Numbered from the stretch's first letter, positions 10,894 to 23,436 are shown. The stretch: 64,000 nt of DNA from Chloropicon primus (GCA_023205875.1 CP060765.1:186001-250000), one strand, 5' to 3'. The notes: generated from the sequence alone by a model not told the origin. A program made the numbers and translations.

Positions 10894-11149
10894 GTCTGGG
10901 GGGGCAGAGTGGGGCGCGGGGTGCGACCCCGATTCGCCGCACGTCGCTCCCCCGCGGCGGAAAACTGAAGAATACAATATGTTGTAAAATACTGCTACGA
11001 TTTTTAGTTTACTACTGTTGATACACCGTGCCCGTGCGCGCGCCCCGTGCCGCTGATGCTGGTGCGAGGGTTGGGTCAGTCCCTGGGGGGAGGGGGAACA
11101 AAGCTCGAGTTTGCTTGTCAGCGGTTGCGCCGCGCTCCTCCCCGCCCCA

Positions 11150-11488
11150 TCACCAGCTCCCCTCCTTGACCATCTTCGCTTTCTCTATGATGTACTTCCC
11201 CTCCTTGTACTTTTGAGACTCCTCGAAGGCTTGTTCGTACTTCCAGCCCAGCACTTGCTGGCAACACGAGCAGTATATGTCCGCCACCGTGTGCAGGCCC
11301 GTGATCAGAAGCCTGTCCTCCTTGGGCCCAAGGGTCACGTTCACCACGTTGTTGAACAGGTACGCCCTGCCGTGGCGCCCCTGAAACGCTTTGGAGACAA
11401 TCTCGTCGTGGTCGCTTGTGTGACACCTGCAGTTGCTACAGCTGTAGATACGCGGACCATTCAAGTACTGCTTGAATAGACGCCCCAT
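11150..11488 (-). CDS. YPEL: Yippee-like zinc-binding protein
   Basis: [48 protein letters not shown] family signature. Confidence 0.95.
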   Translation of the reverse strand: MGRLFKQYLNGPRIYSCSNCRCHTSDHDEIVSKAFQGRHGRAYLFNNVVNVTLGPKEDRLLITGLHTVADIYCSCCQQVLGWKYEQAFEESQKYKEGKYIIEKAKMVKEGSW

Positions 11489-11590
11489 CCCACCTCACAG
11501 AGCGTCCCAGACGACCTGATGGATGGAAGGCAAAGGAAAAGGCGAGGCAAAGGAAATCAATTCCGATGCGAACACGACCAGGCAATCCCT

Positions 11591-11630
<40 letters not shown>

Positions 11631-12257
11631 CGTTTCGTTTCGTTTTCTTCTCTCGAGGGCCTCGCGCGTCAAACCCTTCGCCTGCCAGACGTCGAGGTGC
11701 GAAGAAGAATCCAAAGCGATCGCGCTCCCGATGCGAAGACCACGAACCGTCTCGTCGACACCCAACGCCCCGTCCCCTCTCGACCTCCCTCCCTTGCTCC
11801 CCTTCGCGAATCGCGTCCCTTCGTCACACCCTCTCCTTCGACCTATTGCCTCCTTTCCCGAGCGCCAAATGACACGACCGAGTGCTCGTTCGAAAGATCT
11901 CGAGACGTATCTTCCGTTCGTGTCCCCTGTTTCCGCACTCGTCGCCGTCCCCGCCTCCCTCGTCGCGCCAAACTCCTTCCCCTCTCAAGGTCCTCCCCCG
12001 TGGTTGAAAAAAAATATATATTATCAAACGTGGACGAGAGCTCTTGAGGATCAGACCAACAAGAGTTAAAATGTTCTCGCTAAGGCGCAGGGAGAGAGAG
12101 AGAGAGACAGACAGAGAGAGAGGAGAGAGAAGAGGAGGAGGTCCGTGTCACCTATCACGTGGACTTGAAACCTTCTCTCTTTTGGACGCTTCGAAGAGCT
12201 GAATGGATGGATGGAGGCCAGGCCAGGACCCAAGGAGGAGATGGATCGCGATTATTC

Positions 12258-12293
<36 letters not shown>

Positions 12294-13085
12294 CTGTGTG
12301 GTGTGTTTTTTCTCTTTTCTCTTTTGGCTCGCTCGCACGTGCGTGGGGGAGATCAGAGTTTTTTCCTTCGAGGTCAAGCATCGAGGTGGCCTCCTTCCGC
12401 TTCCACGATGTAGGTGGTGGGGTTGATGGACGTGACAGTCGTGGCGGTGGTGACCACCACCATCCCGGTTCGTCTTCATCGTGCTCGACCATCCCCCTGC
12501 ACTGCGCTGGTCCCTCCGAGCAAACAAAAACCAGCAACATCCACCATCACTATGTCTGTCAACACCTTTCAAGTTGCTCTTCGCAGAGAGAAAGTCTTCC
12601 GCCCTTTGGAAGAGCGATGCGATCCTCAGGGCAGGCGGAGGGACAGAGCCTCCCCGTCCCCGTCCCTTCGTCTCGTCTCGTCTCCTTGCGCGAGGATGGT
12701 CTTCTTTTTTCGGCCGGCCGAAAATCCGTTGAAATTTGAAAAAAAGTTCAGAGGGGTCAGAACCCAGGAGCTCGGAGAGGAAGGGGAGGACCATCCTTTG
12801 GTTGAAGCAGAGGCCGAGGCGGTGGGGACCAAGGGCAGAGGGTTGGACCAAGGGAAGAAGCAGGTCTTCCTCTTTCGAAAGATCCCTCGGTTGACTGGGG
12901 AAGGTTGCTGGAAGAGAGGGCACGAGAAGGGAGAGAGGTTGTGTGCGGAGAAGAGGGCAAAGGCAGGGACCTTGGGAGAGGGAGGCAACAGGAGGAGGAG
13001 GAGGAGCGAGAGGTTTTCGTTGAAAGCGCGTCCAAGATGTTCCAAGATGAGAATCTTTGGCAAGGTTGACGAGGGAGAGTGAGGT

Positions 13086-16000
13086 ATGGACACAACGGGG
13101 GTCGCGGGGGAGGCCTACGAGCCTAGCCCGGAGGACGAGGAGGCCTTCAGACTGGAGTTGGAGGCCCTGGGGGACGCCTCTTGCTCGGACACCGAAAGCG
13201 ATTCGGACGACGAAGGACTGCTCAGGAGATATCAGTTGAATGACGAGAGCAGCAGCGACGAGGGGGACGAGGAGCCGAGCTGCAGCACGGAGTTCAGCGC
13301 CTCGCTGAACAACCTCAGGACGATATTCAAGAAGCGAGAGGAGAAGCTTCACGACTACGAGGATGTCCTGAGCACCCTTTCCGAGAACATTCGGGACTCC
13401 ACGGCCAAGCTGAAGCCGCCGAGGTCGTGCCAGGACGAGGAGGGTGGCGGCGAGGACAAGGAGAACGCCGCTGGCCCGGTAGGTTCGGCGGCGAAGGCCT
13501 TGGAAGCTGGCCAAGGCGCAGAACTCTCCAAGGAGATCATGGAGGAAGCAGCGAGTCGAAACGAGGCTGCGAGGAAGTTCAAGCTCATGGAGCAAGAGAG
13601 GGAGAGGCAGAGGGACAAGCAGAGGCTCGAGCTGGAGAAGAAGGCCGAGGAGGAGCGACTGCAGAGGGAGGAGGAGTCTCGGCTCGAGATGGCCAGGCTC
13701 GAGGAGGAGAGCAGAGCCAGGCTCGAAGCGATTGAGGAAAGCTTCAAGCAAGCGGAGATGGAGTTGGCGCAAGAGGAGGAGAAGGAGAGGGCGGAAGCCG
13801 AGCGGATCGAGAGAGAGGCCCAAAAGCAAATGGAGAACCTGAAGGCTCTCCAAGAGCAGGAAGAGCAGAGGAACAGGGAGAGGCTCCGGCGCCTGGAGAT
13901 GCAGAGGGAGGAGAGAGTGAAAGTAGCCCTGAGCGACTTGCACGACAAGCAGGCGGCTAGGGTCATTCAGAGGCACTACTTTTCTTTCAGAAGGAAAAAG
14001 ACTGCTGCGATTAGGATCCAAAGCTCCTTGCGGAGGAAAAAAGCGATGGTCCGCGCGGAAGAGCTGCGAAGGCTTCGCTCTGCCGCGGTCGTCATCCAGA
14101 AGTGGGCGAGGTGCTTGGCGTGCAAGAGGCTTCTGGACAGAAACAAGAAGGCGAGGGACATCCAAAAGCATTTCCGACGGAGCTCCGCCACGAAGCTTGT
14201 CAAGAGCTTGCTGAAGAGCGTGGTCGCGATTCAAACCTTCTGCAGAATGTGGGTGCAGAGGACGAAGTACTTGCGGGTGACCAGAAGCGTCGTTGCCATT
14301 CAGAGCTACTACAGGATGTCGGTCGAAAGGGAGAGCTTCAGGGCCCAGGGTCGCGCTGCAAAGGTGATAGCAGCTGCCTGGAGGAGGCACATCACAGCCA
14401 AGAAATCTTCCAAGGATTTGATGAACAAGGTCGCCCAAGTTGCGAGAGAGGGCTCGCTCAAAGACATGTACAATATGACGGACTTCCTGACAAGGACGGG
14501 GCAGAACAGCAACTGCCTCATGCAGCAGCTGCAGGGTGGACTGAGCGACAGGTGCAAGGGGCTGACCCACGAGCTCTTCCAGGCAGCGCGCGAATCGCTC
14601 AAGGTTTTCGAGTCGGGAAGGATTCCCAAGATTCCCCAAGTGCAGGGCCACGTGCGATCCGCTGCGGATAGCTTGGGAATGGCATCGACGGTGTCCCGCT
14701 TCGATCGTGCTCACGGTCTCATGAGCTCCCTCAAGGGCTTTCTCGAGAGGTCGAGATCGAGCACGAGCGTGCTGAAGAATGCGAGTAACGCCAAGGACTC
14801 GGGCATGGCCGAGGACTTTGCTTACGCTTGGTCCATGGAAAGAATGCGCAGCGAGTATGAGCGCAAGTGCCTACAGACGATTTTTTGGCCCCAGGCGTAT
14901 GTGATGATGAGCCTCAGGCAAGAGAGCTTCATGCTGAGCTACAACAAGATGGTGGAGAAGAGGAAAGTGCATCCGTTGACCCTAAATGCCAGCCACTACC
15001 CTCAGCTGAATCAGGCCACGAAAAAGAATGACCTGACCGAGGACATGCTGTCGCTCAACTCCCCAGGGATTCACCTGGACGAGGTGAAGGACCTCGATCT
15101 TTCGTTGGAGGGTTTGACTTCCATGAAACAGATCCGGAGATGCAAGAACTTGAGAAAGCTTTGCTTGAACTCGAATTCCATTGCGTCACTTGATGGCATA
15201 CAAGGCTGCTCGCTGCTGGAAGAGCTGAACATGAAAGGCAATGTCCTCAGCACAGTCGGCGAGCTCAAGAATCTTTCGAAGATGAGGTCGTTGCACCTCG
15301 ACGGGAACGCCATATCAGCCGTCGACTTCCTTGGCAGCATGGTGAACCTCCAAGACTTCACAGCAGATGATAACAGAATCGAGGATTTCGTGTGTGCGTC
15401 TGCCTCAAAAGTGGGCCTAAAGTCTCTGAGCTTGGCCGGCAACAGAGTCAAGGAGCTGGGCAGTATCGCCGAATTCGCTCTGCTGCGTGAGTTGAATCTA
15501 TCGAGAAACCAAATCCAGGCTTTTGACGGCATTGAAAGGTGCAGGCAGCTCCGAGTTCTGAATTTGGCGAACAACTACATCTTTGCCCTCCCGAGGGTAG
15601 AGGGGATGAACGCCCTGGAAAATCTCACGGAGCTTAGGCTGTCCAAGAACAGACTGACATCGTTTCCGTTCGCCTGCTTGTCCCTTCCCAAGCTGAGGGC
15701 TTTGCACTTGGATGAGAACGGAATAAAGGAGGTGGAGCCTGTTTTGGGTTGCCCTTTGCTCGAGAAGCTTGAGCTGGCTTTCAACCAAGTGAGTGACGTG
15801 GAGAGCATCTTTGCCTTGTCCTCATGCCAGCGCCTGAAATCCTTGAACTTGTGTGAGAACCCTATCGCGGAGAATAGAGACTTTGACGTGGTCGTCCGAA
15901 GAATACTTCCGTCGCTGCTGGAACTGAACAACGAATCGGTGGTGGGAGAGGGAGAGGTCAAAACCAAATGCACGTTCCACGCCGGCACATCTCTACTGAA

Positions 16001-17561
16001 ATGGAACTGCATACAAAGGCTGAAGCCAGAGCTGCTTCACAACTCTCCGGGCCACCTGCTGAGCGCGAGGGACCAGATGCAGTGCTACCTGTCCGACCAC
16101 ACGCTTGCCGCCACCCACTTGCCCGTTGTTGCTTCTGTTGCGGATATCCAACGGAAGCAGAAGGGCACTTGGATGTCTGCCATCAACGCGCAGTGGAAGG
16201 AGAATACTTTGAACGCATGCAGACTCGTGGACGTGGACGTGGATTGCAAGGACGTGAGCAGGCACCAACGCATTCACACCGAGGATGCTCAGTTCTACAG
16301 CAGACGGAGGGTGATTTTCAGCGAAAAGGCGGTCTTCATCCAGAGGTTTTGGCGAAGGTTTGCCAAGGCAAGGCGCGAGTACAGGGAGAGCTCCCAAGGC
16401 CGCCAAAGGGCGGCTCAGACCATCCAAAGGGGCTTTAGGACTCTGCGATTGAAGAGGTCCTCCGAGTACATCCATGCCAAGGAGGAGCTCCGAAGGTTGA
16501 AGGAGGAAAAGGCCCTCGAAGAGAGTTTGACGAGGCGCAAGGCCGCCCAAAGGATCCAAGCATCTTGGCGTGGTTTCAGGGTGAGGTCGTACATGGCAAA
16601 GGCGAGGGAGCAGTCCAAGTACGTCGAAGACGATGACTTCGAGCTCGAGGACTTTGACGACGACTTTTTGAAGGACTTTGACGCGGAGGCTGACAAATTC
16701 CTCAGCTCGGTCATCACGCCGAGCCGAGGTGTCTCGGAGACTCCCGCGGGCTACGGCATTCAGGATCCAGGGTCCAGCAGCGTTTCGTACAGGCCCTCTC
16801 CCGCGGCGTACCACGAGGTTCCAGAGATTGTTGAGGAGGAGGGGTCTGCAGACAGGACGCCGGTTCCGTCGTCGTCCAACAGCCCGTACGTTACGAACAG
16901 CCCTGCGCAACAAACTTCAGGGAAAAGGGGAATTTTCAAACCGCCTGTGCTCTCACAGCAGACGAGCTCGTCGTTCTCGCCTTCTCCCTCCAAGCTCCAC
17001 GCCTCTGAGAGCACACTAAGCGTGCACGAAGAGAAGCAGAAGGCCAAGATGGAAAAGATAGCGAACGAGTGGGGCTTCAAAGACCAGGCAACGGCTGCTC
17101 TGTTCATGAAAAAGAGGAACAAGATGGTAAAGCAACAAAAGAAGAGGAAGAAGCAAGAGAAGCTCAGGGACCCATCGGTGCGGTACCAGAAATTCAAAGA
17201 AAGCAGCAGCAGGCACGAGCCTATCACTCGTAGCCCAAACACGCATCATCGAAATGGAAAGGCCCTGTCGCTCGCCAAGACTCGCATCCAGGCCTTGCCT
17301 TCGAGAGAGGGCGCCAGAGGAAGCCTGGAGAGGGAGAGCAGCAGGGCTCAGCCTTCCGCGGAGAACTCGAGGGCTCGCGTGGGCCAGCGCCCCCTGCCGA
17401 ACGAGCAGGACGACGTTTCCGTCTCGACGATCTCGATGGGAAGTGATGAAGTTCACGGCACCCCCTCGATGGACCCCCACCGCATCGCCTTGGAGTACCT
17501 GCGAGGGGACGGCTCCAGCATCCAAGCGCACGGCACCATGGTGAACAATTGGTCCCTGTAA
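13086..17561 (+). CDS. Leucine-rich repeat and IQ-motif protein (LRRIQ1-like)
   Basis: Coiled coil, multiple IQ motifs (IQRHY, IQKWARC, IQASWRGFRVR) and a central SDS22-type LRR array. Confidence 0.8.
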   Translation: MDTTGVAGEAYEPSPEDEEAFRLELEALGDASCSDTESDSDDEGLLRRYQLNDESSSDEGDEEPSCSTEFSASLNNLRTIFKKREEKLHDYEDVLSTLSENIRDSTAKLKPPRSCQDEEGGGEDKENAAGPVGSAAKALEAGQGAELSKEIMEEAASRNEAARKFKLMEQERERQRDKQRLELEKKAEEERLQREEESRLEMARLEEESRARLEAIEESFKQAEMELAQEEEKERAEAERIEREAQKQMENLKALQEQEEQRNRERLRRLEMQREERVKVALSDLHDKQAARVIQRHYFSFRRKKTAAIRIQSSLRRKKAMVRAEELRRLRSAAVVIQKWARCLACKRLLDRNKKARDIQKHFRRSSATKLVKSLLKSVVAIQTFCRMWVQRTKYLRVTRSVVAIQSYYRMSVERESFRAQGRAAKVIAAAWRRHITAKKSSKDLMNKVAQVAREGSLKDMYNMTDFLTRTGQNSNCLMQQLQGGLSDRCKGLTHELFQAARESLKVFESGRIPKIPQVQGHVRSAADSLGMASTVSRFDRAHGLMSSLKGFLERSRSSTSVLKNASNAKDSGMAEDFAYAWSMERMRSEYERKCLQTIFWPQAYVMMSLRQESFMLSYNKMVEKRKVHPLTLNASHYPQLNQATKKNDLTEDMLSLNSPGIHLDEVKDLDLSLEGLTSMKQIRRCKNLRKLCLNSNSIASLDGIQGCSLLEELNMKGNVLSTVGELKNLSKMRSLHLDGNAISAVDFLGSMVNLQDFTADDNRIEDFVCASASKVGLKSLSLAGNRVKELGSIAEFALLRELNLSRNQIQAFDGIERCRQLRVLNLANNYIFALPRVEGMNALENLTELRLSKNRLTSFPFACLSLPKLRALHLDENGIKEVEPVLGCPLLEKLELAFNQVSDVESIFALSSCQRLKSLNLCENPIAENRDFDVVVRRILPSLLELNNESVVGEGEVKTKCTFHAGTSLLKWNCIQRLKPELLHNSPGHLLSARDQMQCYLSDHTLAATHLPVVASVADIQRKQKGTWMSAINAQWKENTLNACRLVDVDVDCKDVSRHQRIHTEDAQFYSRRRVIFSEKAVFIQRFWRRFAKARREYRESSQGRQRAAQTIQRGFRTLRLKRSSEYIHAKEELRRLKEEKALEESLTRRKAAQRIQASWRGFRVRSYMAKAREQSKYVEDDDFELEDFDDDFLKDFDAEADKFLSSVITPSRGVSETPAGYGIQDPGSSSVSYRPSPAAYHEVPEIVEEEGSADRTPVPSSSNSPYVTNSPAQQTSGKRGIFKPPVLSQQTSSSFSPSPSKLHASESTLSVHEEKQKAKMEKIANEWGFKDQATAALFMKKRNKMVKQQKKRKKQEKLRDPSVRYQKFKESSSRHEPITRSPNTHHRNGKALSLAKTRIQALPSREGARGSLERESSRAQPSAENSRARVGQRPLPNEQDDVSVSTISMGSDEVHGTPSMDPHRIALEYLRGDGSSIQAHGTMVNNWSL

Positions 17562-17649
17562 GAAAAGGATAACTTGTACAACAATGAGACATTTTGAATC
17601 GATTCGATTGTAATATAGAGGAAAACAAACGAAAGCCAACAATCTGTCC

Positions 17650-19344
17650 CTAATAGCTCTTTGCGAAGATGGCCACCTCCTTGGCCTCCGCCTGGGTCAT
17701 GAAGCACTGCCCGTCCCCAGCTGGCTGCTCAAAGGGGAAACACCGCAGAGTAGCCCCGGTCTCCTCTTTGATCTTCTCCTCCAGCTCATCCGAGCCCACC
17801 CAATAACCCCTGGCCCACTTGCCCTCCTCCACGGCAGCCTTGAGCTCCTCGTATGTGGCGACGTCCACAATGTTGCTGTCCCTGAACTGCTTCGCTTCCT
17901 CGAGCATGCCGTCTTGGATGCTGGCGAGGGTTGACTTCACAAGATTTGCCAGTGATTCTGACTCCACGGGCACTCCGAACGTTTTGCCATCCTTGCCAGG
18001 CTTGTCCCTCCTCGCGACGACACAGGAGTTCGTCTCCAGGTCTCTGGCACCAATTTCGATTCTCACGGGGACTCCTTTCATCTCCCAGTAGTTGAATTTC
18101 CAGCCAGGGCTCTTGCCCGTTGAAGAGTCTACCTTGCACCTGATGCCGCTCGCCTGGAGAGCGTCGTGAACTTCCTGTGCACAAGCGTTCACGGCTTTCA
18201 ACTGGTCCTCCTTCTTCCCTATGGGCAGGATGACGACCTGAATCGGGGCGAGGAAAGGAGGGAGCTTCAAGCCCTTGTCGTCGCCGTGGCTCATGATGAT
18301 CCCCCCGACCATTCTGGTGCTCACGCCCCAAGAGGTCTGGTGGACGTGCTTCAACTCTCCGTCCTGGTCCAGGTACTTGATGTCAAAAGCTTTCGCAAAG
18401 TTTTGCCCCAGGTTGTGGGACGTGCCCGCCTGGAGTGCCCTCTTGTCCCCCATCATGGCCTCGATGGTGTAAGTGCAGTCGGCGCCAGCAAAGCTCTCGA
18501 TCTTGCTCTTCCTCCCCGTCACCACTGGCATCGCCGCCATCTTCGTCGCGAACTCCTCGTACATTCTGATCATCCTCACGGTCTCTTCCTCGGCTTCCTC
18601 CGCCGTGCTGTGGGCCGTGTGCCCCTCCTGCCACAGGAACTCCAAAGTCCGCACAAAGGGCCTCGTTCTCATCTCCCAGCGGGTCACGTTGCACCACTGG
18701 TTCACGAGGAGCGGCAAGTCCCTGTACGATTTAACCCACTGCGAGAACATGTGGTTAACCATGGTCTCACTCGTTGGCCGCATCACGAGAGGCTCCTCCA
18801 GCTCCTTCCCTCCTCCCTGGGTGACCAAAGCGAGCTCGGGCGAGAAGCCCTCCACGTGGTTGGACTCCTTCTCAATGAACGAGTACGGGATCAGCTGCGG
18901 GAAGTAACAATTCTGGTGGCCCGTCCTCTTGAACTCAGTGTCCAGCCAAGACTGCACCTGCTCCCAGATGGCATACCCGTACGGCCTTATCACCATCGTC
19001 CCCCTCACTGGACCGTAGTCCGCAAGCTCCGCCGCTTTCAGCACGTCTAGGTACCACTTTCCGAAGTCCTCGCTCCTCGGCGTCACGCCCTCCTCGTGCC
19101 CCTTCCCTCCCTTGTGCTTCTGCCCCTTCCCTCCCTTTTGCACGTCAACCTTCGTCGAGGCAGCACTCGTGAATCGGAATCGGAATGGAGCACTTGAGAC
19201 ACTTGGCCTCCTCCGCCTCGTGTTGCGAGACAGGGAGCCTCCAAAGAGAGGAGCGCCGATGCTGGCGGAAGGAACTCGCGGTGACATCAGTCCGATGCCT
19301 CCCTGGCACCTCAGCCTCGCTCTTGCCGCACAGAAAGGACGCAT
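17650..19344 (-). CDS. Prolyl-tRNA synthetase, organellar (OVA6-like, archaeal/eukaryotic type)
   Basis: RPTSET, RWEMRTRPFVRTLEFLWQEGHT, QAGTSHNLGQNF and C-terminal FAKSY, with a Ser/Arg-rich transit peptide. First ATG at 19344. Confidence 0.95.
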   Translation of the reverse strand: MRPFCAARARLRCQGGIGLMSPRVPSASIGAPLFGGSLSRNTRRRRPSVSSAPFRFRFTSAASTKVDVQKGGKGQKHKGGKGHEEGVTPRSEDFGKWYLDVLKAAELADYGPVRGTMVIRPYGYAIWEQVQSWLDTEFKRTGHQNCYFPQLIPYSFIEKESNHVEGFSPELALVTQGGGKELEEPLVMRPTSETMVNHMFSQWVKSYRDLPLLVNQWCNVTRWEMRTRPFVRTLEFLWQEGHTAHSTAEEAEEETVRMIRMYEEFATKMAAMPVVTGRKSKIESFAGADCTYTIEAMMGDKRALQAGTSHNLGQNFAKAFDIKYLDQDGELKHVHQTSWGVSTRMVGGIIMSHGDDKGLKLPPFLAPIQVVILPIGKKEDQLKAVNACAQEVHDALQASGIRCKVDSSTGKSPGWKFNYWEMKGVPVRIEIGARDLETNSCVVARRDKPGKDGKTFGVPVESESLANLVKSTLASIQDGMLEEAKQFRDSNIVDVATYEELKAAVEEGKWARGYWVGSDELEEKIKEETGATLRCFPFEQPAGDGQCFMTQAEAKEVAIFAKSY

Positions 19345-20213
19345 GACACTTTGAATGATAAAACTAATGCCAAGGGAGAGCAACGTCGTTTCAGTGTCTC
19401 AAAACTTCATCCGAGCGGCATTCTCTTCGAGTGAAAGGTCTATCGAAAGACAACGATGCGAGGATTCCGATCCAAGCGCCACTTCTCCTCGCCTCACGAC
19501 GAAGCGGTCAACGTCGAGGCCCTCTTCCGTCACAGAACTCACCTTCGCCCTGCCCACCACAAGTGAGCTCCATCAATCTGATCCAAAAGGAAGGAAAAGT
19601 CTGGAAGAGAAGGAGGAAGGTGATGATGATGGATGATGGAGACGAAGAGGAGAGGATGGAGGCAAGGGATGGTGGTGGAGGCAGGTGGTGCGGGGGGCTC
19701 CTTGATCTCTTCGGCTTCCTCCTCGCCATGCTCTCTATCTCTTCCCAAAGACCCATCACTTGATGATGGACATAGAGTCACAACTTTCAGAGGACCTTGA
19801 AGAAGGTGGTGCCTTGCGTGGTTGTCCTCAAGGTGACGGATCAGGAGGAGGAGAAGGAGAACAGGTGATGATTGAGACGAGAAGAGAGAAGTGTAAAGTA
19901 ATGAGAGGGGGTTGGGAGGAGGGTCGCAGAATTTTCTTCTTCTTCTTTGCCTTTGCCTTTGTGGCAAGTCTTCGAACTGCTTGCTGGACCTTTGGCGTTT
20001 GGCGCTTGGAGGGTGAGTGTGAGGCGCGTGTCCCTCACTCGAATAGCAGGACGCGTGCCCGAGAGAAGAAAGAGCTGTCGATGAAGAACTACCGAAAGCA
20101 ACTTCAAACGTTTTTGTTTCATCGATTCACAAGTGTGACGTCGTCGTTTGGTTTACAGAATTCCATCCATCCTTACCAAGAGTGAGGACTTGTTCACTTG
20201 ACCCAGACTCTCT

Positions 20214-20942
20214 TTAAGTTCTGTTGGTCTCCTCCATGGGAACCATGGCAGCCCCGCCAAAAGTTCCGTTCTCCTCGTCGGCTTGGGTCCTCATGGCGCT
20301 TCCTGGCTGGCCATTACCCGAGATCATCTTCTGCTTGGCGACCAAGAGGCCCTTCTCCGCTTGGAGGCCCGCCAGAGTCATCGAGTCGCCGTAGTAAAAG
20401 CACGCGAAGCAGGTACCAAGGAAACCCATGACGCCGCCAGCCACGATGAAGCCCTCCACGATGACCTCGTAAGTGTTCTCGATCTCCTTTGGGCAATCGT
20501 GGTTGAGCTCCCTGACGGCTCCAAAGTACAAGCAGCAAACGCCAAAGGCAAAGAAGACCCAGCCGAGCATAAGCCACAAGCCAGCGTTAAAGGTCTTCAG
20601 TCCGTAACGCATGCAGAAGACGGCGTTGCAGCATTCGTTTGGCCCCGAGATCACCATGGTGAAGGCGGCGACGATGAGGAGCAAGGCCACAACCGCCCAA
20701 GTTCCTGCTCCACTGCTATCAATCTTCCCGTCACAGAATTTCAAGTGGTCTGCCTCGGAGTACACCTTGGACTCTCCCACGATGGAGAACACAAGGCCGA
20801 GGAGGGCCATGAAGGTGGCCAGGTACTGGAGCCTGCGCCTCGGCCTGATGTCGAAAGAGGCGCTCACGTCAGCGAGTTCCTTGAGCTCCGCCTCGCTCAA
20901 CCCGCCGGTAAGCTCGTCCCCATGCCACTGCTGAAACTGCAT
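20214..20942 (-). CDS. Hypothetical 4-TM membrane protein
   Basis: ORF with host-like codon usage and four hydrophobic segments with Cys-containing loops. Confidence 0.7.
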   Translation of the reverse strand: MQFQQWHGDELTGGLSEAELKELADVSASFDIRPRRRLQYLATFMALLGLVFSIVGESKVYSEADHLKFCDGKIDSSGAGTWAVVALLLIVAAFTMVISGPNECCNAVFCMRYGLKTFNAGLWLMLGWVFFAFGVCCLYFGAVRELNHDCPKEIENTYEVIVEGFIVAGGVMGFLGTCFACFYYGDSMTLAGLQAEKGLLVAKQKMISGNGQPGSAMRTQADEENGTFGGAAMVPMEETNRT

Positions 20943-21726
20943 CTTTGGAAAGGAAAAAAAGTTTTTGCGAGAACTTTTGCCAGGAATCCCTTTGGACAAT
21001 CAATGCAATCAAAAACCAAAAATAACGCAACCAAAACCCAAAAACGAGTCCCAGCCAAGGTCCTCTCTCTCTCCTTCTGTTCTCGCCCCCTTGGAGAAGC
21101 TTTCGAAAGGCTACTGGACCCTCTGCTTTGGTCGTCTCCTCCCTGGAGAGGAATATTCCACACAAGACGTTACCCAAGACAAAACACCACAACATGCGAA
21201 AACAACTGTGGGACTCGCTTTTGGGGGGTCCCACAAGAACGTCTGCGGTAGAACGGGAACAAAGAGTTGTGCCGCCGAGTGTTTTCTCCCACAAGTCGCG
21301 TTTTCTACTCTTTTCATCCTGTCATTCATTCTGTCCCTGAAGGGTTCGAGAATAACCGAGTAAAGCAGGATCAGGGGTCATCCTCATGCATGCATGAAGA
21401 CCTCTTGCCTCCGTTGTTGACTTGATCATCTGCCACCATGCTCCTCCTCCTTCATCGATGTTCTCTCTCTCTCTCTCTCTCTCTTTGTCGTCTCTCTCTT
21501 TGTCTCTCCTTCCGGCTGAACCTCCTCCTCCTCCTCAAAAGAAGAACACAGACAGAGAGGAGGCTTCATCTTCGAGCCCCCTGCCATGCATGAAGCCAAG
21601 TCCTCCATCCACCACCTTTCACCATCAGGGTCGCTCGACAAAAAGGTGCGTGACACGTCTAGATTAAACAAGCAGAAAGGATCTTATCATTCTTTCTCCC
21701 TCTTTCACCCTGATGGCACCCTACTG

Positions 21727-22796
21727 TTACTTTGCCTTCTCCTTCTTCTCCGGGGGTTCCTGCTCCGGGGAGCCACCGCCCTCGTCCTTCTGAATCCCTG
21801 GCTGAACGAGCCACTTGGAGAAGAGCCTCTTGCTGTTGCTGATGTCGCTCTCCAGGCTCTTCGTCATGCGCTGCCAAGAGCTGCCCCGGAAGCAAAAGTA
21901 CCTCCAGCAGATGGGCGAGTAGGAGAACTCGTCGCTCGGTACGGGAAGCCCGACCCAAATCTTCAAGACTTGCTGGTAAAGATCCTCGTAAGCCGACTTG
22001 AACTCCTCGAGGAGATCCGTCATGCTCTCGTACTTGAGGTCCTTGTACATCAAGTTGCTCTTCCTGCTCAGGCCGATCGCGCCGTACTTCCCGCTCGGGA
22101 TGTGGTGAACCGCGAGGATGATGTGACGATACACTTTGCCACCAAACTTCGACTTGAAGCTCACGGGTATCCTCTCGATGTCGTCCATCTTGTTCGTCAG
22201 GTACATCCCCAGAAACACCGCCTCCAGGCACTTGATCGGCAAGCAGTCCCTGAGAATCTTCTTCGCCGTGTCCATCACCCTCGAGTAAGGTCGAGCCTTG
22301 GACAAGTTGAAGTAGTTCTGGTTGGTGTGGTTGTACTCGAGCTTGTTGATGAACTGCTGGATCATCTTGATCCGGCTTCCGATGGGAACGTTCTCGATGT
22401 TCAGGGGAGCTGTTGGCCTCTCCGGTATCGAAAACTCGAGGCAAACTTCCTGGTGAGTCCTCAAAATGGTATTCTGTCGTGTGCAGAGAAGAAGAAGAGC
22501 AACAACAACAAGGAGGGGAGGTGGAGTCAGAATTCTGAATCTCTTTTGGACGATGAAGATGTGTCCGTGACCCAAATCCCTGAAGGATCACTCACCAGGC
22601 ACTCTATCTCCTCCTCCGACAAGGGCCTCGTCCTATTGCTCAGACATTTTACCACATGTCTGCACTCCTGGAGGTCGTGGAGGGCCACAGTCGCTGGGTC
22701 AGGGCACTCCTCGAAGGAACTGGATGACGACGAGGCCGAGGCTGCCGAGTTCGCCCTCTGCTCGCAGATCATGAGCCTCGCCCCTTCCCCAATCAT
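21727..22796 (-). CDS. Vasohibin-like tubulinyl-Tyr carboxypeptidase (exons 22796-22596, 22473-21727)
   Basis: LPIKCLEAV (catalytic Cys), YRHIIL (His) and GLSRK motifs. A phase-0 GTGAGT..CAG intron at 22595-22474 joins the two ORFs. Confidence 0.88.
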
Positions 22797-23436
22797 GACT
22801 CCTCAAAAGGGAAACTGATTGGAAATCTAAATCTCTGAAACTTCTCTCTATCTCTCTATCCAATGGATTCTTGCTCTTGATTGGATTGTTTTCCGGTCTG
22901 CTCTCGAGCCAAGCGCCTCGAGAAGTCACGCAGGCATCGCTCCTGGTCCGATGTCCTGCACGTCCCCCCCCCTGTGCCCTCCTGCCTCGCACCGAACTGC
23001 GTCCTACTCTCTCTCTCCCCTCCCCTCCCCTCTGTTCCCTGTCCATGGGACCCACGCACCTTACCGTTCGGACTTCACATTTGAAATACTGAACTTTTCC
23101 AAAACTCTACAATGAAATCTCCTGATGCACGAAACACGAACTCTTCGCGATCTTTAGCACGACCTCGACTTAGTGTTGAATTTGGTGTTGTGGTCTTAGA
23201 CTTTTCCGAAAGTGAAATTTGAGGATTGACAAGGGGTCAAAGGGGTAGGGGGGAAGGGGGAGCAATAAGCAATAGCATACATACCTCCATCCATTGGCGA
23301 GGGACACCCTTTTTTGGAAGAGAGGAGGGACAGGAGGAGGCCAAGATTGGTTGAGCAAGTCAAGTCCTCAAGTGTTTGAAGAGTTTTTTTCTTTTCTTTT
23401 CTTTTTGTGTGTTTATTGGTTGGACTCTCCTGGGGT

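Noticed and set aside
11500..13085. Multiple overlapping ORFs between Yippee and the LRR-IQ gene
   Set aside because: Microsatellite-rich divergent promoter/UTR region with no coherent codon bias or domain.
19431..20185. Short ORFs between ProRS and the membrane-protein gene
   Set aside because: Low-complexity, purine-rich sequence with no recognisable motif or consistent gene model; more likely UTR/promoter.
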